IMG/VR virus record: IMGVR_UViG_3300004151_000006
Location: 222,689-286,688 of that record
Reading direction: 5' to 3' (one strand)
Length of the DNA: 64,000 nt
A program made the translations under genes and the position numbers. This document shows, piece after piece, positions 29,180 to 39,700 of the stretch. Each line of letters starts with the position of its first letter. Position 1 is the first letter of the stretch. The notes under the pieces are model-generated. The model did not search any database and was not told the origin of the DNA. It saw only the letters and a list, made by a program, of their open reading frames with translations.

Positions 29180-30610
29180 ATGTTGACTATATCTAAAGAT
29201 CCTAGGGATACCACAGATCCTTCAGAAATAGATCCATTCTACGATAACACCATATCAAATGAACAATATTTCCTTCAAGCTATAATAAATGGAAGATTTA
29301 TATTGGAAGGTGATGATCATATCATCTATGATACTAAACGAAATATACGTACTATTTTTGATTTTAATAAAGTATTACCTGAAGGTGTCAAAAAGTCAAA
29401 TTACCTCAAATATGAAATCAATCTTTATTCACCCATTAAGAAACGTAGAAAGATCTATCTTCATAAGTTTGTATGGATGTACTATACGAGATCATTAGTC
29501 CCAGAGGGACATGCCATCATACACAAGGATGATAATATCTACAATTGTCAATATTCCAATCTCAAGATGCAATACCCGAGGATAGAAGATCCATCTTTCT
29601 TTGATACTACGATATCTGATGTTGACTGGTACTATAGTCAAGTACTCCAAGATCGATTTGAGATGAGAGACGATGGCAATCAAATCTATGATAAAAGACG
29701 AGATAAAGTGACTACTCCTGGAAAACGAATGGGTGAAGAACATGATCCTGATAATACTAAAAAGAAATTTGAATATAACATCGTGGCTACCAATAAAGTT
29801 CTCTATAATAGAAAGATTCAATATCATAGATTGGCTTGGATGATCTATCATAAGCAAGCTATACCAGAAAGTTATGAGATTCACCATATTGATCATAATA
29901 GACAAAATAACAGTAAAGATAACTTACAACTACTTTCTAAGAGTGAACATACGCAGTTGCACCAACAAGATCTTGAATATGTGGATGCCAGAACTGTATT
30001 AAGAAAATACCTACTTTCATTAAAGAGAAAATATTATCTTACTGATCATCAACTATGTTTTACATGTAAGCGTTATCTACCAATAAAAGAATTTGATATA
30101 ATTATTGAAGGGTCATATTGTTGCAATGAATGTATGTCTTTAAAGAAAGCTGGTTTGGAGAATAATATTTATAAGTTTTCAGAAGGTATCTTAGATGATA
30201 CAACGGTGTTAAATATTCGATTTGGATTTCACATAATGAATAAAAAGTTTAGATCCTTACTTTATAAATATCAAGATACTGGCATTACTAAAGAGCAGCT
30301 TAAAGATCTATTGCTTGGAAATACATATACTCATTTACCTAAATTGTTTGGTATCAGAGAATTCCCATATAGGTCAGAACTAAGTATTGATAGATTAGAA
30401 TATTGTCATATACAAAACGCTATGACCTATGGTGGATTTACTTTAGAAGAAATATCAAAGATGTTTGGTAGACCTGAGATGATGGTAGAATATGTATTAT
30501 TAACTGGACAGTATAAAGAAAAATTAGAACTTGAAATGGAGATACAAAGTGTAATCAATAAAATTCGGTATGGTGTATCATCTGAATGTAATATTAATTA
30601 TTTTGCATAG
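29180..30610 (+). CDS. Free-standing HNH homing endonuclease with duplicated HNH module
   Basis: YLHKFVW...IIHKDDNIYNCQYSNL and YHRLAW...IHHIDHNRQNNSKDNL; start behind AGGAG. Confidence 0.85.
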   Translation: MLTISKDPRDTTDPSEIDPFYDNTISNEQYFLQAIINGRFILEGDDHIIYDTKRNIRTIFDFNKVLPEGVKKSNYLKYEINLYSPIKKRRKIYLHKFVWMYYTRSLVPEGHAIIHKDDNIYNCQYSNLKMQYPRIEDPSFFDTTISDVDWYYSQVLQDRFEMRDDGNQIYDKRRDKVTTPGKRMGEEHDPDNTKKKFEYNIVATNKVLYNRKIQYHRLAWMIYHKQAIPESYEIHHIDHNRQNNSKDNLQLLSKSEHTQLHQQDLEYVDARTVLRKYLLSLKRKYYLTDHQLCFTCKRYLPIKEFDIIIEGSYCCNECMSLKKAGLENNIYKFSEGILDDTTVLNIRFGFHIMNKKFRSLLYKYQDTGITKEQLKDLLLGNTYTHLPKLFGIREFPYRSELSIDRLEYCHIQNAMTYGGFTLEEISKMFGRPEMMVEYVLLTGQYKEKLELEMEIQSVINKIRYGVSSECNINYFA

Positions 30611-30622
30611 TTAAATACATAG

Positions 30623-30656
30623 TGGCATCAGACCCACATATGTGGGTCTGATGCCA
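30623..30656. terminator. Perfect 34-bp palindrome between convergent genes
   Basis: TGGCATCAGACCCACAT|ATGTGGGTCTGATGCCA. Confidence 0.65.
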
Positions 30657-30665
30657 TCATAACTA

Positions 30666-32771
30666 TTAGATATAATTTTTTTCGGCAGTATTGGGTTCTC
30701 TACTAAGCATGTGAAATGTATAACCACCAATTTTACAATTCTTTAACCCCGTATTCAAATGTCCAGCACTATTAACTACACTGAATGGTTGTTGATAAAA
30801 GTTTTCCATTTCATGGTTAGCCTCTTCTGATAATGTCACAATAGCTGATAAAACATCACCATCTACGTCAGCATCATACGTAGCGAAAGTACTACTATGC
30901 ACGCACATACTGTCTTGAGATTGACCATTATAAATTGGATATCTTGGTAATATTACTTTGATATCACTGATAGGATGAATGAGTTCTACTGTTCTATTTG
31001 GTTCAGTAGTTTGGATATTGATACGTGTAGGTAAAATACCAAATACATTAAGAATGGGATATCTCGTAGCAGTAGTGTGGTGTGGTGGATCACTGAGATT
31101 GATTTTGACATAAGCAACAATATAAAACATTTCTACATATGTGAGTGGTCTTAGATGCTTTGGATCATATACTCTAGTCTTAAGCCATCTGAGTTTAGGT
31201 TTATCTTTAGGTCTAAGTTCTGGAGATAATGTATATCCAGTCTGTAAAGTAAAGAGACTATCAAACAAATACCCATCAATTTCATCAGCTATCTCTTTGA
31301 CACGTTTGTGTTCTAATTGGGCTACTGGGGAGTAATACATGACTTCCATATGACCAGTGGGATCAATGAGTACTGGAGTATCCTTAGTAGTAGGCTTAGG
31401 CTTGAATCCAAATTCTTTAGCCAGCCTATCAAAAGTCTCTTTAGATATTGTGACATCTAAGTCTTCATTATTACCATCTGGATATCCATGGGCCATGAGT
31501 GCTGCACTCCCAGAGATCACAGCTTCATCTTTAGGAATGTTGTATTGATCCAACAATTCAAGATATTTGATATCTTGGATACCCCAACTAGGTTTATTTT
31601 CTAATGCTTCAGCAAAGTCATTTTTATTTCTTAAAAGATAGATTTGATCACCCATGTCATATACAAGATAAAGATATTGGAATTTACCAGCTTCATCTTT
31701 GATAGCCACTGGGAGATGTCGAATATTCTCATTCCTAAAGAGATTGATGAGTTTGGTGATACCATCACTGGTAGTAAAGAGTACCCTATCTTCATCTTTG
31801 ATAGTGAAGTATTTGAGTTCTAAAGTCTTAGAGTCTATGAGACTATAATTGATAGAAGTGTTATCAAAGATCTGATTGAAAAACATATCTTTGATACCAT
31901 GGATCATGAGTGGTGTAGATCCTTTAGCCACTTGGAATAGTGGTAACATCGTTTCATCTGCTTTGAAATATTTAGGATCCAAAGGAGATTTGACTCTGGA
32001 TAAAGGAGGTGAAGTGATGACATTTCTATTACCTAAAGCTACATTTCTAGCAGCAAACTTTCCTTGAGCAAATCCTTTTTTACCAGTCATGAGATTTTCT
32101 ATATATTCATATATTTGTACAGTGCGCATCTGGATATTAAATCTTAGACTATCAAAGATAGCATTGTCTTCTTCCATCTCTGGCATGGCTTGAGCAAGAC
32201 TCAAGAGTCCAAGATAAAACTTATTGATATCTTCACTTTCTATTTTACCATCTTCATTTCGAACATCTCTGACTCCAGCAGCTATCACGATATATTTATC
32301 TATCATCAAGATATTTCTATATTTATCTAAGATAGAGAGTTTATCTTTACGTTTTAAAGATTCTGTTTCTTTAAATTCTATCTTTGGAAACCATTTTAAA
32401 AAGAAACTATATCCAGTACCTGCAGTAGGATCCATCATCTCAGCTCTCACTAATTCTCTGATATCCTTATCATATTTAGCATAGGTCTTACCAGAGAGGA
32501 TCTCACCATAGAGTCCTTTGAGTGAGACTATAGTCTTATATACCAATGGTTGAAAGATCTGTGTACGGAGATCAATATATCCACGTTGAAAGAGTCTAGT
32601 AGATGATCCCACTTGACCAAAGATGACTTCAGAGAAAAGACCTTCTGGATGGAAGGTCATGGTAGAGGGTTCATAGATTTGATGTGAAGTGATGGGGAGA
32701 CATTGATTTTTTTGGATATAAGACTTTGGATCCAATAATTTGATGTTGATGGGTGGGCGTAACTTTTGCAT
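30666..32771 (-). CDS. Phage RNA polymerase beta-prime catalytic subunit (phiKZ gp180-like, virion RNAP) with nucleotidyltransferase insert
   Basis: HPEGLFSEVIFG, GKKGFAQGKFAARNV..GNRNVI, TRYP and DADVDGD; start behind AAGGAG; adjacent to tape-measure gene. Confidence 0.88.
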   Translation of the reverse strand: MQKLRPPINIKLLDPKSYIQKNQCLPITSHQIYEPSTMTFHPEGLFSEVIFGQVGSSTRLFQRGYIDLRTQIFQPLVYKTIVSLKGLYGEILSGKTYAKYDKDIRELVRAEMMDPTAGTGYSFFLKWFPKIEFKETESLKRKDKLSILDKYRNILMIDKYIVIAAGVRDVRNEDGKIESEDINKFYLGLLSLAQAMPEMEEDNAIFDSLRFNIQMRTVQIYEYIENLMTGKKGFAQGKFAARNVALGNRNVITSPPLSRVKSPLDPKYFKADETMLPLFQVAKGSTPLMIHGIKDMFFNQIFDNTSINYSLIDSKTLELKYFTIKDEDRVLFTTSDGITKLINLFRNENIRHLPVAIKDEAGKFQYLYLVYDMGDQIYLLRNKNDFAEALENKPSWGIQDIKYLELLDQYNIPKDEAVISGSAALMAHGYPDGNNEDLDVTISKETFDRLAKEFGFKPKPTTKDTPVLIDPTGHMEVMYYSPVAQLEHKRVKEIADEIDGYLFDSLFTLQTGYTLSPELRPKDKPKLRWLKTRVYDPKHLRPLTYVEMFYIVAYVKINLSDPPHHTTATRYPILNVFGILPTRINIQTTEPNRTVELIHPISDIKVILPRYPIYNGQSQDSMCVHSSTFATYDADVDGDVLSAIVTLSEEANHEMENFYQQPFSVVNSAGHLNTGLKNCKIGGYTFHMLSREPNTAEKNYI
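31179..31586 (-). other. In-frame nucleotidyltransferase domain inside RNAP beta-prime
   Basis: ISGSAAL, DLDVTI, MEV and RPKD..KLRWL; homologous to 9810-10229. Confidence 0.85.
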
Positions 32772-32895
32772 GTCTACTCCTTTTATTGGATGATGGGATC
32801 TTTCCATCTTATAGCTTTATGGTATACATTGGGATGAAAGAGTCTATCTCTCTTATCCTTATATATAAGACCTTTCAGATAGAGGAGTATCTTAG

Positions 32896-33771
32896 ATGGA
32901 AAAGCCATCTCCTTTTAGTCATGTCAGTGAACGCAGTGTGCAACAATTCCAATCAAAGATCATTGAACAAGAAATTGAACCCATCAAAAATATATACTTC
33001 GATCTTCGATGTTTAAAAGATATCCAATTAGGTGCATTACTTACTTTAGTATATGAGAAACATGATGAAGAAGCTTATAAATATATTTTATCTAGGTTAC
33101 ACATATATAGAACACGTATGTATAATGATACCATGCAATATTTTCCAGATCTCACATATACCGAAGAACAGATTTGTGAGCGTTTAGCTGATCCACTTTA
33201 TACTGATAAGATTTTAGCATTGTCTCCCACTACAGGATGTTACGAAAACTTACATCGTATTTTATATGTAATTAAGCGCAGAAATGATCATTTTGATAGA
33301 CAGTATCCAACACGTATCATCTTTAATGTACATCCATTTAAATTAACTCCAGTGATACAGAATTTCTTTACTCGTGTCATCTATCAAATCTGTCCCCACT
33401 TTAAAGTGGGATTCATTCAAAAACCTCTTAAACAATTACAATTATCCTCACTCATGGAAAACGGTAAGATACAATTTAAGATCTTTTTTATTTGGGATGC
33501 TTGGGATACTTTTTTATCTGATGATAGTCATCTCAAGACTGCATTTACTGAAGATATGCTTTTTTTTAATACACAAATTTATAGTAGTAAGAAATTCCAA
33601 GTACAATTGAATGAAGATCAATTAGAAGAAGGATATCATAATCTTAATATATTAAAAGGTTATTTCAATATTTGTTGTGATTTTGAATATGCTGATTTTG
33701 AAGTATGTTTACACGATCCCAGTGATGATCATGATGATCATCAGCCCATAGAGGAGCAGGCTTGTGGCTAA
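32896..33771 (+). CDS. Hypothetical protein in core block
   Basis: GAGGAG SD; lies between RNAP beta-prime and tape-measure genes. Confidence 0.75.
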   Translation: MEKPSPFSHVSERSVQQFQSKIIEQEIEPIKNIYFDLRCLKDIQLGALLTLVYEKHDEEAYKYILSRLHIYRTRMYNDTMQYFPDLTYTEEQICERLADPLYTDKILALSPTTGCYENLHRILYVIKRRNDHFDRQYPTRIIFNVHPFKLTPVIQNFFTRVIYQICPHFKVGFIQKPLKQLQLSSLMENGKIQFKIFFIWDAWDTFLSDDSHLKTAFTEDMLFFNTQIYSSKKFQVQLNEDQLEEGYHNLNILKGYFNICCDFEYADFEVCLHDPSDDHDDHQPIEEQACG

Positions 33772-36700
33772 GAAAAAAGATCCAATGGATGATTTTGATC
33801 TTGAGAAAGAACTTAAAGGATTAGATTCACTTGATAGAGAAGAAAGTAATCTTGATTTTGATGCAGACTTTCCGGATATAGATAGTGGGAGTGATCGTAA
33901 ACCCATAGAAGAACAAAAGGGTATTGGTGGTAAATTAAAAGATGGCGCATTGCTTTTAGCTGGTGGTGCAGCTGGTGGTATCGTATCAAAGATCAAAGAT
34001 AGTTTTCCTGAGACTGGTAAATTAGTAGATGAAGGACTCAATGTAGCATCTGACTTTAGTCAACTCAAATATGAATATGGTAAAGAAATTGATCCAATCA
34101 TCAATCAAACTAAACTCATTGGTAAACGTATCGCTGGTAAATTAGCTGATGGTGGCATACTCCCAAAATCAATCAATGATAGATTACAGCGTGCACTGGA
34201 GACCGATAGTTACGGTGGAAGTGAAACTAGTCCTGAAGAAGCTAGAAATCTCTCTGTAGATACTTCACTTAAAGAAGTCTTTAAGATACAAAATCTCAAA
34301 GATGATTACAAGATGCGTGAGGATCGTGTCAATAAGTATTTAGATAGAAAAGGTGAATTGGTTAGACATCGTGATGTCACCAATCTCTTAGCAGATATCC
34401 GGTATCAATCTCTTCATACTACTGCATTTTTCACTGGTACATATACTGGATACTTAAAGAAGTCCTTAGAGCTCAAATATAAACATTTATTTGTTGCTCA
34501 AGATACCTTAGAGATCATGCGTTTACATGCTCAAAATACTGAAGCTAAATTAGAAGCTATTAGACACAATACGGCTATCCCAGATATCAATAAAGAATAC
34601 ACTTTGGAGACTATGCGTGCTATAGGTAAATCAAGACTCATCACCAAATTTCAAGATAAAGTGGGTAGCTTTGCTTCAGATATCTTTAAGAATGTAAAAG
34701 ATAACTTCTTAGATCCAATGAAAGATAGTGCAGGTATGATGGGTGACATGTTAGAAGGTATGGAAATGGTAATGGATATGGAAGGTGAAATGGCAGAGAT
34801 GGAAGGTAAAAAGCCTAAAGGTATAGGGCAACATGTTGGTAGTTGGCTAGGTAAAGCTGCAGGCGGTATCTTAGGTAAACAAGCTGCTGGTAACTTATTT
34901 GAAAAACATCTTGCACCATTTAAAGGTAATATAGAAAATAAAGCATCCTCATTTAAAGCACTCAATATGTGGAAACTCAATCACTTTAAGAAGTATGGTG
35001 GTAAAGAAGACACCATGTGGGAAGATGGTGGTATCCCTCATATGTTAGCTGATTCATTTGTACCGGGGATATCTAGTGATCTTGGTGGAAGTGAAAATGA
35101 TTATTTAAAGAATATGAATAAAGCTACACAATTTGACACTGCTACAAGACAATCTATCGTAGAGATCATCCCTGGATTCTTAGGTAAGATTTTACAACAA
35201 GTCACCAATATATCTGAAGGTACTAAAGATAGTGAAGAGATGGTATTTGATGCATATAGTAGAGACTTTGTCAAACAGAGTAGATATCAAGCAGAAATGA
35301 CAGATAGGCTTTTCGGTGATAAAGAACAACGTACTCGTGCTATGTCTGGAGCTATGTCGAGTCTCAAAGTGAATTATTTAGCTAATAAAGGATCTTACGA
35401 AAGAGACACTGCTACAGTCACTTTTGATGAATTGTCTGATCAAATAGGTAAGTTTATTTTCAATATGGGTCAAGTCAAAGAATTTAAAGATGATTGGTAT
35501 TTAGAATTAAAGACTATTATTGAAGATGGTGGTAAATTAAATAATGTATCTCAATTAGTACAATCCTATTTCCGTGGTATCAAAAATCCATTGGCAGTAG
35601 CTAATGTAATCAATGGTAGTATCTATGATAAAGATGGTAATCTTAATACTTTTGCACTCAACCAGTATCAAGCAGCTATGGTGGATTATACTGTTAAATT
35701 CATGGATGAACATAAATCCAGAGTGCACAAAGTAGTTGAAGACCAAGGTAGTACTAGACATCTTAAAAATGTATTCACTGCTAATAAATATGGTGAGATC
35801 ATGGTAGATATTGATAAAGCTAGAGATAGATCTACTAATTTTGATAAAACTATATTGGATCAAGGTGATACCACTAAATATGCACTGGACGAACTCAAAC
35901 GCATGGAAGGTGAGAAGAAGAAAGCTAATAGTCTTATTAAGATCTTATTTGGTGATAGAGAAAAAAGACAGAAGTTTGATAAACATGCTAAGAGTCTATA
36001 TGCTGAACTTAAAGGTTACCTTTATGATAAACTTAAAGCCTGGGGTGTACCTGAAAATTGGTTGATAACACTCTTAGGTAAGAGACCAAATGAACTTACT
36101 CCGTATGATGTGGAGATATTAACAAGATTGCAAGATGAAGAAGGTCTCAACTTTGAAGTATTACTTCGTCAGCATCAGCAAGATCAAAGACCAGATTTTA
36201 AGAGTACTAAAGGTAAATATAAAGATAAAAAAGGTAAAAATGTTGAACGTATCAAAGATATCATGAAATCTCAAGGTGTATCTGAAGATGAAGCTAAGAT
36301 CATACTTAAAGAAGATGATAGACGTAAGAATATGGGTGAATACGGTCCTAAGACTGTTGGGAGTATGGTACGTGCAGGTATAGATACAGTAGGTAAATTG
36401 ACCGATGATATGCGTGATGAGATCTTAAAGACTGATGTCGCTAAGAAAGCTATGGAACAGTGGAATAAAGTAAAAACTGATCTGTTAGAAGAACATGATC
36501 TATTTTTAAAAGAGCATCCTGAATATGAAAGAGAATTACTTAAATTCACTGAAGATGGTAAAAAGACTAAGCAAGCTATCAATAGATTTATGCATGACAT
36601 TATTAAACGTGATGGATTGGATAAGGCACAACAAGCTGTCAAAGATAAAGTCACTAAAGTAAAGGAAGATTATACTAAACAAAAAGCTGATGGTGCTACC

Positions 36701-39700
36701 ACCACTGAAGCTATCAAAAGTACTACAGATAAACAAATCAAAAAAGCTAAAGAAACTGCTAAAGTAATGGGAAAGAAAGCTAAAGTAGCATGGGATGGTA
36801 GTAATGTGGGTAAAATGGTAGATGAACGATATGGTAAACTCTCTAAAGCCACTAAAGAATATTTAGAAGAGAACCCTGAACTTAAATCCCAAGTAGAAGA
36901 ATATATCAAAGATACTAAAGCTGGAGTGAAACAGACTCAGAAATATGCTAACGATTTAGTGAGAGAATCTAAGAAAGTAGTCACTGATATTGTTTCTCCT
37001 CAAGCTCGAGATATGGATGAGATGATGAGTGGTGATGCACCTGAATCTACATTATCTCGAATCAAGACTGCTGGTAAGGCTAAGTTTGATAGTTTAGTAG
37101 ATAAAGGACGTCAGTTTATTAGTGATACAAGTGATGATGTAAAAGCTAATGTAGATCAAGTTAAAGAGACTGAAATTTATAAAGATATTACTTCACCCTT
37201 TCCGACCAGTTTTGAACAGATGGATAAAAATACAGGGGCATTGGGTATACATGTAGATAGTTTAATTAATCACATTGATGGGATGACAGAGACAGTTAAA
37301 CAGAACACTAAAGCTATATTAGGTGATACCTTAGAAAGTGATGATACTGCTGATCTTACGGATACTCCTACTAAAGGTGGTTGGTTTAAACATGCTAAAA
37401 AAGCAGTACATGGATTTATGCATGAAGATGAAGGTTCATTAGATATTGAAAGACTCCTTTCACTCTTTGGTAAAAAGATAGGTACTCCCCCTGTAAAAGA
37501 GACTTCTCAAGTAGATCCTAAGATACATGATAAAACAAATCTTATTTCTATGGATACATCAAATAAAAAAGCCATGATGGATTTTATTCAATCTCTTAAA
37601 GATCAAGGTATCTTATCTAGTGATACATCTGGTAGTAGTATCAAGAAAAAGAAATCTAAAGAAGATGAAACCACTGAAGTGACATCTACCCGTATGGAAG
37701 ATATTTTGTATGAACAGTTAATGGAACTTAGAGAGATCACTCTCAATACTGCAGAATCAGCTTATAATGGAATTTTAGCTGCAGCTATTTCTTCTGGTGA
37801 CATGAGTGTATTAGACAAGATCATCAAACGTCCTGGGGTATTACGTAGAGCTATCCGTGGTATTGGCTCAGCTGGTACAGATATAAAAGAGATGGCTAAA
37901 TCAGGTATCATCACTGCCAAATCGAAGACAAGTAAAATACGTAGGAGTATCAAGTCTGTAGGTAGTGTAATGGGTAAAGTAGCATTAGCTCCATATACTG
38001 TGCCAACCACTATAGCTAAATCTGCAGTATTTAATTTCTTTGATGTGTTTAGATCTGATGATTTAGAAAACCCTCTCATTACAAAAGCTCAATTTAAGAG
38101 TGATGAGAATAAAAAACAGTTTGGTGATGTATATGGTGTGGTAGATGAAGATGGTGTGCCTATCAAATCAGTCTATGATATCAAAGGTCCAGTCTATCTC
38201 CGTAGTAAAAAGCCTAAAGCTAAATGGGAAGAACTCATCAGTGAAAATGATATTGAAACTGGTATCACAGATAAGAAAGGTAGACCTGTCAATAGGTTCT
38301 TAGCTAAGTTGGGTAGAGGACTGCGTAAAGGTATCAGTAAAGCAAAATCTGGAAGTATGTGGGGTGCAAAGAAATTAGCTGGTTTAGCTGGTGATGGAGC
38401 TGTAGGTATATTTCATGGTGCTATTGGAGCTATTACTGGTAGTTTGGATATTGTTAAAGCTATTTTCAATCCATTCCCTGATGTCTTTGTGGTTGGACAA
38501 GATCTTAAAGGTAAGCCCACAGCGTGTGGTAAAGATATTGATAATTATGGATATTTCTTAAAGAAAGGTAAAAAGATCAAAGTACTATCGTGCTATGATA
38601 TTGATCAGCCAGTTATTGATGGTCGTACTGGTGAACACATGATTTCTCCAGATGATGTGATCAGAGGTCTCATCACTAGAAAAGGTGAACCTTTAAATAA
38701 GCTATCTACTAAATTTGGTAGAGGTATGGCTAAGTCTCTGACTTTTATGAAAGATATGATGTTTGGTACATTGGGTGTATTGGGTGGTGGTATTGGTATG
38801 GTGTGGGATGTTGGATCTACATTGATCAAAAAAGCTTTTAAAAAATCTGATCCCTATCAGGATGTATATACCAAAGGATTTGTAAGACCAGATAAAGTAT
38901 TAGTCTATGGCAAAGATATTGAAGATAGAAAGATAGTCTTTGCTTCTAATAGTGAATTAGTACGTTCATGTTACGACATCACTGAACCAGTGATGAAATG
39001 GGATGAAGGTGCAGAAGATCATAAGCGTATCCTGATCAATGATAAAGATATCAAAAATGGTTTAGTCAACATTGATGGTAAATCTCTCAGTAAGTGGAAT
39101 AGTCGGTCTATAGCTGGTAAACTGATTCATGGTGGATTGGGTGCAGCAGGTATGGCTGCTCGTGGAGTATTAAAGACTGCTACATTGGCTGCTAAAGGTA
39201 CCTGGGCTGCACTCAAGGGTGGAGCAAAGGCATTAAAGAAAGGTACTGAATTTGCTATGTTTGGTAGTGAAATGATAGACAATCTTAGATCATCTATGGT
39301 CAACCTCTTTGGTAATAAAAAACGTATCAATAGAAAAGATTTAAAAGAGATGGTCAGTGATAAATTAGATTCTATCTATGAATTATTAGATAAACGGTTA
39401 GGTAGGAAGATTAAAGGTGATACTGATGATAATGGATATGTGGAAGGAAGTTATCAGGATAAAGCTCGAGATAAAAAAGAAAAGAGTAATACTAAAGATA
39501 TCCACAAAGAAAGACAAAGTATTGGGAGTAAATTAGCTGGGATAGCTACAGGTGCAGCTGGTGGGAAAGATAAAGAAGGTGGTAGCTTTTTAAAAGATGC
39601 TGCGAGTGAAGCAGTGGGTGAAGTGGGTGGTAATTTACTCACCAAATATGGTGGAAAAATAATCAAGAGCTTGCCTGGTATGGGAAAAATAGCTGGATAT

